DNA of 64,000 nucleotides from a virus (Duplodnaviria; Caudoviricetes): IMG/VR virus record IMGVR_UViG_3300042196_000418; one strand, 5' to 3'. Shown piece by piece: positions 9,679 to 23,576 of this stretch (position 1 is its first letter; each line of letters starts with the position of its first letter). The notes under the pieces were generated by a model. It saw only the letters and a program-made list of their open reading frames with translations, ran no database searches and was not told where the DNA came from. The position numbers and the translations under genes were made by a program.

Positions 9679-10229
9679 TGCTGGACCCCAAGGACATCAA
9701 GCACGGTTCGCTCATCGAGCTGCGAGACAGCGAAACCGGCCAGTGGTTGCCGCTGACGATCATCTCGATCGTACACGACCACGTCGAGTGCCGAACGCTC
9801 GCGAACGAACCGATCCTCACGACGACCTCGGCGCTGCTCAAAGACGCGCGGCTGCGCCCGCGTGACGGATCGTGTCGCGACTGCGGCGACGAAGCCCACG
9901 ATGGCCCGTGCATCGATCGTCAGTGCTCCGAGTGTGGTGCCTGCGTGTCCTCGCGCTGTTACCAGCACCCGCAGAGTGCGGTACACGTCTACCGCCGCCT
10001 GCGCTACCTCGCCGAGATCGTCGAGGACAAGCCGTATCCGACGCGTGAGACGAGCCGCGCGCTCCATCAAGACCTCGTCGAGCAGATGCGCACGCTCAGG
10101 AACACCGAGGAGGTCCGGCAGAACCGCTACATGATCAACGGGCTCATGCGCTCCGAGATCCTGTCGGCCCTCGAGAACGCGGCGAGTCTGATCGACTCTC
10201 TGCCAACCGAGAAGAAAAGGGGCTCGTGA
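9678..10229 (+). CDS. Hypothetical protein with central Cys/His cluster
   Basis: CRDC...H...C, CSEC, CYQHP. Confidence 0.7.
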   Translation: MLDPKDIKHGSLIELRDSETGQWLPLTIISIVHDHVECRTLANEPILTTTSALLKDARLRPRDGSCRDCGDEAHDGPCIDRQCSECGACVSSRCYQHPQSAVHVYRRLRYLAEIVEDKPYPTRETSRALHQDLVEQMRTLRNTEEVRQNRYMINGLMRSEILSALENAASLIDSLPTEKKRGS

Positions 10230-12330
10230 TGAGGATCGATTACGCCTGGCACTTCTCCGGTGAGCCTTCGATCCCGCCTACGTTTCGCGGCCCGGGCCCC
10301 CATGAGCTGACGCTGGAACAGCTCAAGGCTCTTACGAAGGACCACGCAGTGCTCCTCTACAAGAACGACGACGGCGAAACCGTGATCGCGTTCGACACTC
10401 ACCGCGGAAGGTTCAGGCAGCGCTGAGGCATTCCATGAAGACCATCAACCTCGATCCACTTTCGAACGACGAACTCGTCCTCGTCGTGAAGCTCGCCGGG
10501 AAACCAGGCGACGGCCCTGGCATCGCCGATCCAGAGCTTATCGCGCGCCTGGTGCGTGAGATTCACAAGGCGCGAAAGGTCGTCGAGCTGAAGCTCTGCG
10601 AAACCGAACGGCTGGTCCTTCGTCCCGACACCTTGTATCGCTTCGTCGTCGCACCTGACTGCGACCGCTGCACTGAGCTAGGCGCCGTCTACCTGCTGGA
10701 ACTCCAGCAACGGAAGAAGCAAGCGTGAAGATCACAAAGACCCACAAGTCCGACGACGAAGCAAAGACGATGGCCGGCTACGTCGCCTCATTTTTAGCCA
10801 TCGAGGATGCGCTCGCGTTCGAGAACGCAGCACTCGCCGCGCCCAATGTCCACCTGCCGCCCGTCGCGCGCAGCGTACGCGACGGCGGCCAGCACACCAC
10901 GCTGTACTGGCGCTGGCTCAACAGCTTGGCGGAGGTGTGGTCGTGAAATCAGCCGTGCCCAACAACAACAACGACGACGAGATCGAAGTCCTCGCCGAGC
11001 GGAGCGGACCATGGGGACGCATCCGGATCCGCGAGCGGCAAGGCGCCGGTCCACACGATGTCAGGAAGTGCTCCATCTTCCTGACGCCGGATCAGCTCGA
11101 AGAGCACGCACGTGAGTGTGTCGAGCTCGCGGCCAAGATCAGGGGTGGCCAGTGAGCGATCGCGAGATCCACATTCGCAAGCGTCCCGATGACGCCACCG
11201 CCAAGCCTGTGTGGTGCGGCGAGGTCGGCGTCGCATCGATCACCGAGGCATGGGGCTACTACGGTCCCGGCGGCAACGGTCACGACGCCGTCTGCCGCGG
11301 CTGCATCGACGCGCAGCGCCCAGCGCGGAGGGAGTCGTGAATATACGTATCTCCGAAGACGAGTACATCCAGCTCTGCGCGGAACTCCAGGCCCTCGTAA
11401 AAGCGTGGAAGGACCGTCTCGACATCCCCGAATACGCGGCATCCTGCGTCTTGCTCCAAGTCGGCGGGACCATGGCTGCCTGGAGTGGTGCACCTCTCGA
11501 GCACGCGCTGAGTTACGTCGAACACGCGTGGAAGACAGCTGGCGAGCTGCCTGAGGAAGAATCGTGAAGCGCGTCTTCAGGATCTGGCCCGCTGATCGCG
11601 AAGGCGTCCCCGCGAAAGACTCTGGCGCTTGGCACCGGGCGCGACACTGGCTCGTGGTCGACGTCACCGGAGGAGATCCCTGCATCGTCGAGGGTCCGGT
11701 CTCGCGCGAGACGGCCCTTCAACGCGAGCGCGAGCTGAGCGCCGCTCACGCCGCCAACAACTCCAGAAAGGACGTCCCGTGATCGAAGACAAGGTCTCCC
11801 TGACACGAACGCGTGTGGAGCTCGTCGAACTCCTCACTGCCCAGCTGTCGCCCGAAGAGCGCGTCCGCATCCAGGGTGAGCTGTCGATCGTCAACACCAA
11901 GATCAAGGCCCTGAACACGACCTCCGCCGCCCAGCTCAAGGCTGCGGCCGATCGCCGCAAAATCGCCGGCCTGACCGAGGCCCAGGCCAATGCCGCGAGA
12001 GCAAGGGCCAGAATCAACGGCTCACGCGCACCCGAGCACGACGAACCCGAAGACGACGACCCCGGCCAGACCGCGGCGATCGACGGCTGGATCGACGCGG
12101 TCCTCTTGCGGCACGACGTCGACTTCTCCCGAGGGGCAACGGGCGCGCTCATGCTCACGAGCGATCCGTCGCGCCCTCACGTCCCTCAGAAGCTAGCCGC
12201 CGCGATCGAGCTGCTCGCCACTGGGCTCTACGCGGCAGCGCGCGGGAAAGAGATGCCCGATTTGCCGAGCCCCGCGCCGAAGGCCCCGATGGCGGCGAAG
12301 GGGCCGAAAACAAAGCCGAAGAAACGCTGA
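10226..12330 (+). other. Run of eight coupled small CDS: 10226-10426, 10435-10728, 10725-10946, 10943-11155, 11152-11340, 11337-11567, 11564-11782, 11779-12330
   Basis: Successive GTGA overlaps; no family recognised. Confidence 0.7.
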
Positions 12331-12340
12331 GAAATCGGCC

Positions 12341-12383
12341 TGGGTATAAAACAACCCAATTCCACTCAGACGCGATCGCCGCT
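12341..12383 (+). promoter_or_regulatory. Degenerate copy of the palindrome (GGGTA-taaaac-AACCC)
   Basis: 12342-12357 in intergenic gap, one mismatch; only GA-N10-GC (12369-12382) downstream. Confidence 0.5.
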
Positions 12384-12401
12384 ACAAGGAAAGAACCGCC
12401 C

Positions 12402-15400
12402 GTGACCAAGAAGGACATCACCATCGACTGCCCCGTGCCGTGCGGGACTGCCGCTCATCACCGATACCTCGCGGCTAGCGAGCACTGCAAAGCTCGCCGC
12501 CGCGGCGCTGCCCGGCGGCATGATCGCGCAGGAAGCCCGAAGGCAACGGTCATCATCAATCTGTTCGGCGAGAACTGGCGCGACGCGTTCAAGGACGACG
12601 AGGCGCCATGATTCGTAAGCTGCTTTGCAAGCTTGGACTTCACCGCGGGGGCGAGCTGAAGATCTCGTTTCACACGATCCCGTCGGAGGAGGATTGCGCG
12701 CGACTGATCGCTACACGCCAATGGCCCGCGGACGAGTGGCGTACGTGTGAAGTGTGCTCGACGCGCATGTTCATTCGGAAAGTGTATCTGCCGTCATGAA
12801 GGGAGCAGCGCGAATGCCTAAGAAGCCCGTCGACCCGCAGGCCGCGGAGTGCATGCCGACGCGCGGCAAGATCGACGACCCCCACGAACCGGCGCAGACG
12901 ATCGACAACGAGCGCGACGCCAAGGAGACGATCCGGCGCCTGAGGACCAAGCCGTGAAGAATCTCGAATACTGCAAGCGACAGATCCAGCTCGCCATGCT
13001 GCGAGCGCAATGGTGGCTTGCCTCCGCCTCGACCGGCCACTACAAGCAGCGGAAGATCTCACACGGCACGATCACCCGCGGTGGTCCCGAATTCACCGAC
13101 GATGAAAAGCTGGCGGCGGCGATGGCCACCGCGCAGCGCCACATCGAGATCGCCGCCGAGTTCTCGGAGAAGTTGGCAGAGGCCGAATCGCAAAACGAGA
13201 CGGGAAACGAAGGAAAGCTGCCGTGAGGGACGCAGACCGACGCAAACTGATCCTTCTCGCAGAAGCTCGCGCGACCGCGACGAGCGCGACGATCGTGATC
13301 CAGCGCCTCGTCGTCACCCTCGAACAAATCAAGAGCGAATTGTCCGCTGACGATCCGCTCTACGCTCCCACCCGCGTCGCGCAAGATCTCGTGGCCACCC
13401 TTATCGACATCCGCGATCGCATCAATCAGCAAATCAGCGAGGTACCGTCGTGACGCCAAGAGAGATCCTCGCCACCACACAAGGAGCGATGCTCCGCGCC
13501 GAGCACAGTGAGTCCGACCGTGCCCTGCTCGCGACGCACGACCTCATCGTCACCTTCCTCGACGCCACGGACGCCGGCTGTCCCGAGTCGATGAAGGCGC
13601 TGTCGATCGACCAGGTCAACCTGCTCAACAAACTGCACCTGGCGGTGGGCCTATGAACGATCTCCTCGAAGCCTTCACGATCTTCGCGAAGTACACGCAC
13701 ACCGCGAATCCGACGTGCTGCGAGCACGACACCCTCTACGTGCTCGTCGATCCGGCACAGGTCTCCGCGGAAGATCGCGTACGCCTCGAAGCCCTCGGCT
13801 TCATGGCCAAGGAACGTGATCGCAATTTCTACTCATTTCGGTTCGGGAGCGCGTGATGAGCATCGACCTGAGAACCGAGAGGCCCGGCGGTACGTGGGTA
13901 AGACGCTTCGGCGACCACGAGGCAAAGGGCTTCGGCGTCTCCATAGGCAACAAATCGGCTCAAGTGACATTGACCGCACAAGGAGTCACGTTCGCGGTCG
14001 ATTCCCAGGATATCCCCACGGCATGGGACGAACCGATCGACGTCCTCAAGCTCCGCGAGGAACTGGTCGCCGCGATTATTCGCCACATGTCGCCGGATGT
14101 TCTCGAGGCACTGTTCGGCGAAATCTACTCGCAGCGCCAGCGTGCGTACTCGGAGGGAGAAAACGCCGCCAGGACCAAGATCAGGACGACGATCAGGGAG
14201 GCGCTCGGCCTATGAGGATCCTCGCCAAAGAATCCGTCATCCGGTACCACGTCGAGTTTGACGAGGAAGAGACCCTCCTGCTCAAGGGCATCGGCTTTCT
14301 GCCGCCGTACGCCGAGCCGTGCGCTCGGCTGTGGTCGACGAGTGCCGAGATCGATGAGACCCATACGATGCTGGCCCACGCGCGCGAAGAGCTAGAGGAG
14401 CGCAGCGAGGACTTCGACGCGCTCGCGCGGGCCGCGGCCAAAGCGAAGGACCAGAAGTGAACCCCATCGACGACAGCGCGCGACAGCTCGCCGAAGCCGC
14501 GATCCGAATAATCGAGATGGCCGAACACATCGGCCTGCCCGATTCGCTGGAGAAGCTCGGCGTCACCCCCATAGCACTGGGCCTGATCGCGCGTGCATAC
14601 ATCGAGCAGCGCAAACAGCTCCGCGCGCTCCACGACCTGATCGATCTCACCGATCCGAATGATCCGATCGGTGTCGCACTCACGAAAGTCGGCCTGGAGC
14701 ACAAGCTGCCCGAGCCCCAGGCGTGGACAAAGCCGCGCTTGATGCGATCGCCCGTGCAGGTAGAAATGTTGAGCAGCAAAGATCTGCTCACGCTCTACTG
14801 CCGCGTCATGCAGGTGCCGGCAGCCTCCTTCACGTACGAGACCTACGTCGTCCGGCTGTGGGACGGCATGGACGGTTGCTGGACCGACTGCACGACCGAA
14901 GTGTCCCGCGACAAAGCACTACAGCACTGGGCAGAGAAGGCCGGTGGCGGCACCCACCACGTCTCGTACAGCGAGATCGACTACTTCCTGATCTTCCCCG
15001 GCGGCACGCGCATGCAGTGGGACGGAACCGAGGGCCGGGAGATGCACCGGTGATGGACACGGTGACTAGGCCGGTGAAGCTCACCGCCAAGGAACGCCAC
15101 GCCCTCGCCGAGCTGGCCAAGCCACTCGACCAGCGCGACTACACACACGTGCATGGCCACACGATCCATGCACTCCAGCGCAAGAGGCTGTTTCGCACCA
15201 ACAGCAGGCCGGGTGGAAAAGTCACGCCGGCCGGACGAGCCGCGCTGGTAGTTCCCAACATTTTCGACGATCTGTTCCCCAAGGAGACCATCGTGCCGAA
15301 GCTCCAGAAAACGCGAGCCGCCGTGAGCGACGAGTTCCGCCCGATCGAGTTCGTCGAGACCTCGCTCCACGACCCCGTCCGCGAGCGCTGGGAGGCAGGA

Positions 15401-16527
15401 GCTGACACGGCCGGCGTGCGTCTTTACTGCACGTCCAGCCCACTGACGCACGGCGCAGAGAACGGCCGCTGGTCGCTCCAGATCTTCGCGCGCGTGAAGA
15501 CCAAGCGCGGAGGTGTTGGCAAGCACTTTGCCGGCAGCACCGCATCGATGGCGCGAGAAGATCTCCTCTGGCTGCGGGCGATGATCGACGGTGCGCTGCG
15601 CAAGGTCCGAAAGGTCCGCAGCCGATGAGCGTGCGCAAGACCGACGTCTTCTGGATGACGATCCTCTTCGCGATCATCATTGCAGTGGTGATCTTCGCGG
15701 CGCGCGCCACCCGCGACGAACAAGACGCCTGCGAAGAGCGTGGCGGGACCATCGTCCATGTACACAACTCGCAGCACGGTGAGTGGTTCTGTCAGGAGCC
15801 GCATCCATGATGCTTGTTTGGACACCCGAACAGCGTGCCGTGATCGCTGCGCTCGCGCGCGCGGCTAACACGGCCAGGCCACGGCCAGATCACTACCTCG
15901 CGTGTCATGTCGGAGTTCCCACCTCTACGCCGACCTACGCACCACGCGAGATCGAGCTTGCCCAAGAAGCCGCCGTGCGCGAACGCGTCCGTCGTCGGCA
16001 GCGCCTGACAAAGAAGCTCGTGCGTGCGATCGGCTGGTCGACCCGATGAAGACCCACGGTCCCCGCATGAACCGCGTGCGCACCCGCGAGGTCGTCAACA
16101 AGCTCGCGATCCCTGTCGTCACGTCCAACGGCCATGGCATCGAGATCCACCGCGTTGTGGGCCCGAAGGTCGGCGAGACGCGCACCGAGCGCTGGCGTGT
16201 CTACACGGGCGGTGGCATCGCGGGCAACTCCGACCAAGTGTGGATCTCACCCGTCACACGCGTCCATGGGCCGCCACGGGGCCCGTTCTGGAACAAGGGC
16301 CAGCTCGAGAGGGCCCTGCGCGTGTGGCGGAAAGGCAAATGACCGTGGGTGAACACCTCATGGAGGGTGCGAAGCTGCGTGCGCTGCGCAAGCGCGTTGA
16401 CGAGTGCGCGCGTCGATGCGCGGAGTGCGATCCCGACGGTACTGAGATCGAGCACGCCAATCACGAGGCACTCGTGGCGATGCTCGCGCTCGGCAAGGAA
16501 CTATGCGCCCAAGAGGATCAACCATGA
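12402..16527 (+). other. Run of fifteen coupled small CDS: 12402-12611, 12608-12799, 12796-12957, 12954-13226, 13223-13453, 13450-13656, 13653-13856, 13853-14215, 14212-14460, 14457-15053, 15053-15628, 15625-15810 (TM), 15807-16049, 16046-16342, 16339-16527
   Basis: Unbroken ATGA/GTGA overlaps; no function recognised. Confidence 0.7.
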
Positions 16528-16769
16528 GCAACGGAACCAGCAAGGGCGTCACGCTTCGTACCTTCGTACTGGAGCGCGTCGAAGATGTCAGCGGCACGAG
16601 CGGAACCGGAATCGTTGCGGAAGGCGTCGAGTTCTCGAATGGACAAGTCGCGATCCACTGGATCAGTCAGCTCGAATCCGTGAACGTCTACGCGAATGTG
16701 AAGGTGCTCGATGCGCTGCACGGGCATGACGGTCGCACCACGGTGCGTTGGTTGGATGGTGCGAAGTGA
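16524..16769 (+). CDS. Conserved phage-type hypothetical protein
   Basis: DVSGTSGTGIVAEGVEFSNG...W...HGHDG pattern typical of a small phage protein family. Confidence 0.75.
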   Translation: MSNGTSKGVTLRTFVLERVEDVSGTSGTGIVAEGVEFSNGQVAIHWISQLESVNVYANVKVLDALHGHDGRTTVRWLDGAK

Positions 16770-19700
16770 GCGATCGCCATGAGACGTGGGTCACCCGGCA
16801 TGACGTCGCCAGCTGCAACACGGCGCGACACGCCGAAAGTGGCGACTGCGGCACCCGGTACCTGACGCGCTGCTCGTGCGGCTTCGGACAGGGAGCGAGC
16901 TGCCGAGAACAGGCAGACGCGATTGCCCGAGGACATCAGGCGAAACCGACCGCGCCCTGTATCTCGTGGGAGCCTGGGCCGCCACTCACTGCCACTACGA
17001 TCACGGATCAAGAACTGCGCGACCTGTTCGCGCGGCACTGCGAATGTCGACCGCTCGATCTGGAGCGCTGCGATGGAGACCACGCTGCGATCCACGACTG
17101 CGACACGGGAATCCTCACCGACGTCCAGATCGCCCTCGGGATCGTGCGGTTCGACGACATCGGCCGCGTGCAGACGATCCGCGAGGCACGCGGTCGCTGT
17201 GCCGAGATCATCAACACTGCACGGGTGCGCAAGTGACATCCCGCCAGCGCGCTCAGGCCCACGCGAAACGTTCTCACTTCTGCTCGTGCGGCTACATCAT
17301 CCACGGCAACGGGGCGAAGTGGGCGCATTCAAACAAGCACCAGAACGCGCAGGACGGCCACGGCTGGTGGACAACGACGCAGTGGGAAGCACACGGCCGC
17401 CCATTCCTCAACCATCCCGATCCCGCACTGCAACGGCCGATCCTCGGAAAAGAGCCATGACCAAGACCACCACGAAAAGTTCAACGCCCCAGGATCGCCT
17501 CACGCGTATTTGTAACGCCATGATCGCCACGTTCAATCAGCACGGCGAGAAGCGTGACGTTGATCGTGCGATCGTGTTTCTCGTCGACGAAGTTAAGGGC
17601 GGCATCGGCATCGCTGGCTACGAAGATGACAACGACGCCCTCGCGGATCTGCTCGTCCACCTGCGTGCGATCTTCCACGCACGCGGCCAAGATCTTCACT
17701 TCGTGCCCGTCGGCACCACGCCGTCCAAGGACCGCGCGTGAACCAGGGTGGCCGCACATGGAAGCTATGGGCCCACCGCTACGAGAGCGGAAAGCTCCAT
17801 CGGGGCGGAGAGCCCTAATGCCGAGCTACAAGCTCAACAAGAACCAGCGTGCCGCGCTCGACCTCGCGGTGCTTGCTGCCATCGTCGGCGGGCATCAGAC
17901 CGTCGATAAGATCGCTGAGGCCGTCTTCGACAGGCTCACCAAAGCGTCTGAACGCGACCTACGCACCATCGTGCGCCACGGTGACTGGTTGTCGCACTTC
18001 TTGCCCACGTCACTTCAACGTCTCCGCCTCGCGAAGACGATCTGTTGGTCCAACAAAAGGTGGACACGCTCGCGGGATATTCTATGAAGCACCACAAACA
18101 CCAGACCCCCGCGCAACGCATCACCAACCCCGTGTGGCTCCGTGCGCAAATCAGCGAGCTCATCGAAGACTGCGACGAGAACATCGCGGAAGATGAAGAG
18201 CTGGCTGCCAAGGAACGTGATGACACCCGGCGTGCACGGTACGAGGCCGCAATCGACTGTAACCGGCACTGGAAGAAGCAGCTCACGCGGATCCTCGCCG
18301 GCAAAGACGGCGACGAAGATCTCGCCGACACCCTGCGTGCCATGGAGTCACAATCGTGAATGATCCCGTCGCCATGAACATCGAACGGCTTCCCATTGCC
18401 TATCAGCCCCCGTTCGACTGCGTGAACGACAACGCGACGTGTCCAGTCTGTACGCATCGCCGTGGCAACCACGGCGTATGCGGAAGCCGCGCGATCTACG
18501 CGGTGCGCGCCGAGCACGAAGGGCTCCGCTACGCGGTCACGCTAGAGATGCTCGGTGACGACTATCTGCCGATCACGCGGCAGTGGTGGCAGACGCGGGG
18601 CCTCGTTGTCGAACTGCAAGGTCATCGCCCCACCGCGCTCGTGATCCACCACGAGAGTCCGCACGGAATCATCGGCGAGTGCACGATCCTGGGTGAAGGA
18701 CGGCGCTGCCAGCCCGACACTGGCTTTCTCTCCGCGGACGTGCTGTTCAACGCGCACGGAAGCCGCGACGCCTCGATCGACGTGCGCGAACAGCCCAAGA
18801 CACTCTGGACCGCACTCGAGCGTTGCCTCGTCGATGCGATCTTCGGTTCCACAGGAGGAACCTCGTGAAGATCCTGCTCGTCATCACCCGATCCGATGGG
18901 ACCGAGTCCAGGGCCGAGGGCGTCGCGGCCCAGGGCGATCAGCTCACCGAGCCGATGGTTCACGCGGCAGAAGATCTGCTTCACACGCTCACGACCGGTG
19001 AGCGCCCGATCGTCAAGAACTTCTACGAGCTGTGCGCGAAGGCGTTCGGCACGACGCGCGACGACGCCAAGGAGCGCGTCATCGCCGCAGCATACGGCAT
19101 GTCCGCACCCCGGATCGAAGCTAGATCCGCGAGCCGCGGCAGCATGCTCGGCCGCCTCGCCGCCACTCGCCGCGAGCGCAACCTAGCGCATGCCGACGTT
19201 GCTTCCTGGGTAGCGGAACAAGCCCAGCTCGGAGAACGGCGCGAAAACTTCCAAGCCCCAGGCTGGGACCGCTTCACGCGTGCGGAGATCGCATACGGCT
19301 ACGCGATCAGAAGCTTGGAAGCCTGGCTCGACGCCCAAGAGGCTACTCCGTGAGCCTCACCGCCGCACACCGTGCACTGCTCTGCCTCTACCAGGACGGC
19401 AATCGCTCCGGTGTGTCTTGCTTCGAGGTCGGTCATGCCGCGTGGCCCGATCGCGTGCTCCGCAGCGGACAGGGCGTGTCGGTCAACGGCGGTGGCGACT
19501 ACGCCGCGCAGATGCTGCTGGGGCGCCTCAAGAAGGAAGGGCTCGTCGAGCACGCACCAAGCGAGGGCTCGTCCCGTTGGCGCCTGAGCACGAAGGGACT
19601 CCACAAGGCCCGACAGTTGCGTGAGGAGTCACCTGTGACAAACCCGTCGTCACGAACACCTGTGACGGGCCCGCTACCCTGCGTCTGTGGCTGCTCCATC

Positions 19701-22436
19701 GAGGAGCACGGCCATGACGACGAGCACCCAGGATCAACGAGCTGCACCGCGTGCGACGACTGCATCGCCTACGAGGCGGATCCGGGAGAATCCGCATGAG
19801 CAAGCGTCCCGGCAAAAAGATCGGCACGCTCGAGGTCAAGCTCGATCGTCAGAAGACACGCTCCGAGTGGGCATCTGTCAAGGTCGAGCTGCGCTTCGAG
19901 ATCACCCACGGCACCTTCCACGCCCAATACGAAGGTGACTGGTACTCGGCCAAGACCAAGGACGCGCTCTCTGAGCAGATCAAGACCGCCGCGACCAAGG
20001 CGCTATCGATCGAGTGGAAGCGCTACATCCAGATCGACTACGAGGCGAGAGGCTGGCCGATCGAGGACGAGAAGAGCGGGAGGCCGGCGACGTCCGGCCA
20101 ATACCACACCTACGAGCTCGACGACGATCGTACGAAGTTCGACGCAACGACGGCTCGTGCGAATGACAAGCACGCGATCTGCGCGATCGAGCTGCACTGG
20201 GCGCTTTGCGAAATCTCCGAGCCCTATGCGCTGCCCGAAGCGCCCAGCAAGCGCGTACGCGCCCAGCGCAGAGTCAGCATCCATAAATGGGGACCCGACA
20301 TGGGTAAGGAACAGATCTGTGAGACCCAGGAGTGGGAGAACGACGTCCTGCCACGGGGGATTCTGCCCTGGACGCCCGAGCGCGAAGCGGTGCTCGCGGA
20401 CATCGTCGCCGCACTCGGCAAGCTCGATGCGCGTCTGCTCGAGCTGTTCACCGGTGACGTCGAGGTCCTCGCGGGCAAGATCGATGCTGCGGCCCAGACC
20501 GATCCAAGTCGCTTGCTCACTGCACCAGCTGAAACCGCGCCAACGAAACGGAAGCGCGCATGAAGAAGATCAAAAAGCACGAAGTTACGCTGATCTTCCT
20601 GCTTGACGAAGAGGTCACTCCTCTACTGTTCGCGCAGAAGGTTGCTCGCGCTTGCAGCAGCGGCACATTACGCCCAGGAGAGGCGGTTATGACCAAAGGA
20701 GCGAAGAGCGCTTTCGTGATCGGCGAAAAGGTGCCGTTCGCTCCGTGGTTGGGTACGCCCAAGGAATTGAAGACGGCAAGATCCCCAAAGCGGAGGCGCG
20801 CGTGACAGACAAGCCCAACAAGCCAGATCCTCGCGAACGCTTTGCAGAGCTGCTCGGCACCAACTCGAAAAACTTTCTCGGCACGGGACTCACGATGAAT
20901 GAGTTCATGCAACTCCACCGCGCCGAGCAGCTAACCGCCTCCTGGGCTCTCCAGTCGCCCGAGGAGAAGAAACGCCGCCTCCATGCGGTCCTTCGGCTAT
21001 CGCAGGAACTAGGGCGTATCAAAGAAACCACGTTGTTCTCAACACGCCTGGCAGAGATGGCGATCGAAGCCGTGATCGAAGGCGACTGGAAGATGGTCGA
21101 AGGGTTGGCAGGTCACTTCACGTTCAGCACGGAGGGCGAAGAAACAATGCAGATCTATGCCCCCGTCTTCGCCGCCTTTCGTGAACTGCTGCTCCAGGTG
21201 CTGCGCATGGACAAGGAGCTGCCAGCATGAGGACCCTCGACGTTCACTGCAAACTTGACGACGGCTTTGCCCTGTGCGGCGGAAACTACGTGCCGCGCGT
21301 GGCGTATGACCACTTCATCAACCTGGGTGAGGTTCTCTCCAACGCGTCACCCCAACAACTCTCCTCACAACGCTGGCCCATCCAACGGTGCGCCGCGTGT
21401 GTCGCGATGATCGCCCCAACGTCCGACGAAAGGTCCACGTGACCGACGATCCGACCCAGCACAAAATCGACCTCAAGCTCGCATCCGGGGCACAGCTCAC
21501 GCTGCTGTACTTCTCGGATCGAGAGTTGCGCTGGATCTTCGCCTACGACTACATCGGCGAGAAGGATCCCGGCACCGCTCCAGAGGTCGTCAACAAGGTT
21601 CGTCTTGTCGCTGACTACGACGCGGGCTTCCTGACCTCCACGCTCGTGCTGTCAATGAACGTCATCATTCCAGCGCGCCTCGGTCAGCAGTTCTTCGCCG
21701 GCATGGACATCTCTCCGGGTGCCAAGACGTACTTGGAGTTCACCTACGAGCGACGTGTCGGCGAGCTGCTACGTGAGGAAGGGGCCAATCACGATCGCAG
21801 CGGCGACGAGTTTCGTCTGATCGAGATCTGCAAAGGCGCGCGGGATCGCGTGCGCCTGACCGGTCTTGAGCCCGCAATCGTGCGACCGATCGAGTTCCCC
21901 TTCCCCATCCCTGATCGCATCTCAGTCGACTTCGGGACGCTCCGTGTTCCCTTCCGCACGAACCAGGGCAACGTCGCCCACTTCGATCTGCCTACGAGGA
22001 CACTCCGATGACACTCAGCCCAGAGATGCGGCTGAAGCTCGCTAAGCGCCTTGCCGCACGCGGCGCACCTGTGCCAGTAAGCCTCGTAGGTCCCGACCTC
22101 CCCTGCGAAACCGTGGAGGACGCCGAGCGGCTCGTCGCCCGTTTCGGTTTCGAACTCTGGCTCCGCGCCTTCGCCGAACTGTCAGCTGACGCCAGCACGA
22201 ACGACAACTTCGCCGATCTGGCCGACGACGCGAACGAGGACGACCGCGCCTCGCTCATCAGGCTCTACAAAATCTTCGACAAATTCGTCGTCGATCTCAA
22301 GACGGCGATCCGCACCACGCGTGAAGACGGCGTGCCGTGGGGACAGACACGCGACATGGCCGCCGAGCACCGCGCGTGCATCACCGCGGCACGGATCATC
22401 ACCGAGGCCCACCACATGAAGAAAGACCCGCCGTGA
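16766..22436 (+). other. Run of coupled CDS: 16766-17236, 17233-17460, 17457-17741, 17738-17818, 17818-18087, 18084-18359, 18356-18868, 18865-19353, 19350-19799, 19796-20563, 20560-20805, 20802-21230, 21227-21442, 21439-22011, 22008-22436
   Basis: Unbroken overlaps; 19350-19799 has a winged-helix-like LGRLKKEGLVE...WRLSTKG plus Cys cluster. Confidence 0.7.
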
Positions 22437-22798
22437 AAGATCCGCAACCCATGCAGCCCGTCATCAAGGACGAGGAGGGCATCTTGCGGTTCCGCGGGAA
22501 CGCGATCGTCTGCTACCTGCGCGACCTCGCCAAGAAACACAAGCTCGCCGACCTGAACAGCCTCGCGGAGCTGCCCTTCTCGCAGGAAGATCGCGAGCAG
22601 TTCGCACAGCTCATCGGGTACTCGATCGGTGGCTACCACGAGCTGCCGTACGTGTCGGACGAAAGTGCAGCCCAGGCAAGCGCCCTCGCGCACGCTGTCG
22701 ATCCAAACGAGATCAAAGGCTGCCGCGATGCCGGATGCCCGGTGCACGGCAAGGCACAGCGCCCCCTTGCTCAACGCCGAGGAAGGAAGCCCCTGTGA
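22433..22798 (+). CDS. Phage-type hypothetical protein, paralogue A
   Basis: LRFRGNAIV...FSQEDREQFAQLIGYSIGGYHELPYVSD. Confidence 0.8.
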   Translation: MKDPQPMQPVIKDEEGILRFRGNAIVCYLRDLAKKHKLADLNSLAELPFSQEDREQFAQLIGYSIGGYHELPYVSDESAAQASALAHAVDPNEIKGCRDAGCPVHGKAQRPLAQRRGRKPL

Positions 22799-23576
22799 CC
22801 GAGGACCACGCTCGAGTCATCCACCGGATCATCGTTGGACTCGGCGGCGGAGGCTTCCAGGCGATCTGCGTCTGCGGCTGGAGTTCCGCAAGGAGCTGGG
22901 TTCGTGCCGAGGTCACCAAGGCCGGAAGTGTCCATAGACGGAAAGCACTACTGAGGAGTATCCCGTGAGGACCATCAAGAAGATCAAGGCCGGCGACATG
23001 CGCGTGTACCCGTTCAACCACGCCTTCAGCTACCAGGAAAAGAGAGTGTTTGCTCTCATCGAGAAGCTCAAGGCCACGATGGCCGAGCTGACAACCGAGC
23101 TGGCGAGAACGCGTGTGAACGCCTCCGCGCCACCCGAGAACTACGACCCGAAGTCGATTGAAGCGGTCGACGAGATCGATCGCCAGCTCGACAGCCTCGA
23201 TCTCCAACTGCGCTGGGTCCCCGGAGGCGCGTATAGGTATGAATAGCAAGGCGCGCGCGCTCACCAACACGGTAATGCTCGGTGCTGGCGGAGGCCCGTT
23301 GTTCAACGACGCTGGAGAACTCTCGTGAAGATCATCAAAGATCCGAAGAGTGCCTGGACGATCCAGATCTCGTGCCGCCAGTGCTCGGCCCTCCTGGAAA
23401 TTGTCGATACGGACGTCTACATGGCCGAGTTGGGCAGCGGCATGGACGATTTCAACAGCGCAAACTGCTACGTCGTCGACTGCGCTGTCTGCAAGCACTT
23501 CATCGAGCTGGATCCCGCGAAGCTGCCGGAATGGGTGAGACGCGAGCGCAAAGACGCAAGGAGATCCAGCCCATGA
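22795..23576 (+). other. Four coupled small CDS: 22795-22968, 22965-23246, 23239-23328, 23325-23576 (zinc ribbon)
   Basis: Overlapping starts/stops; CRQC...CAVC in last gene. Confidence 0.65.

Noticed and set aside
12361-12401. Fourth sigma54 promoter
   Set aside because: GA instead of GG and spacing to the palindrome is 27 bp; kept only as a degenerate site
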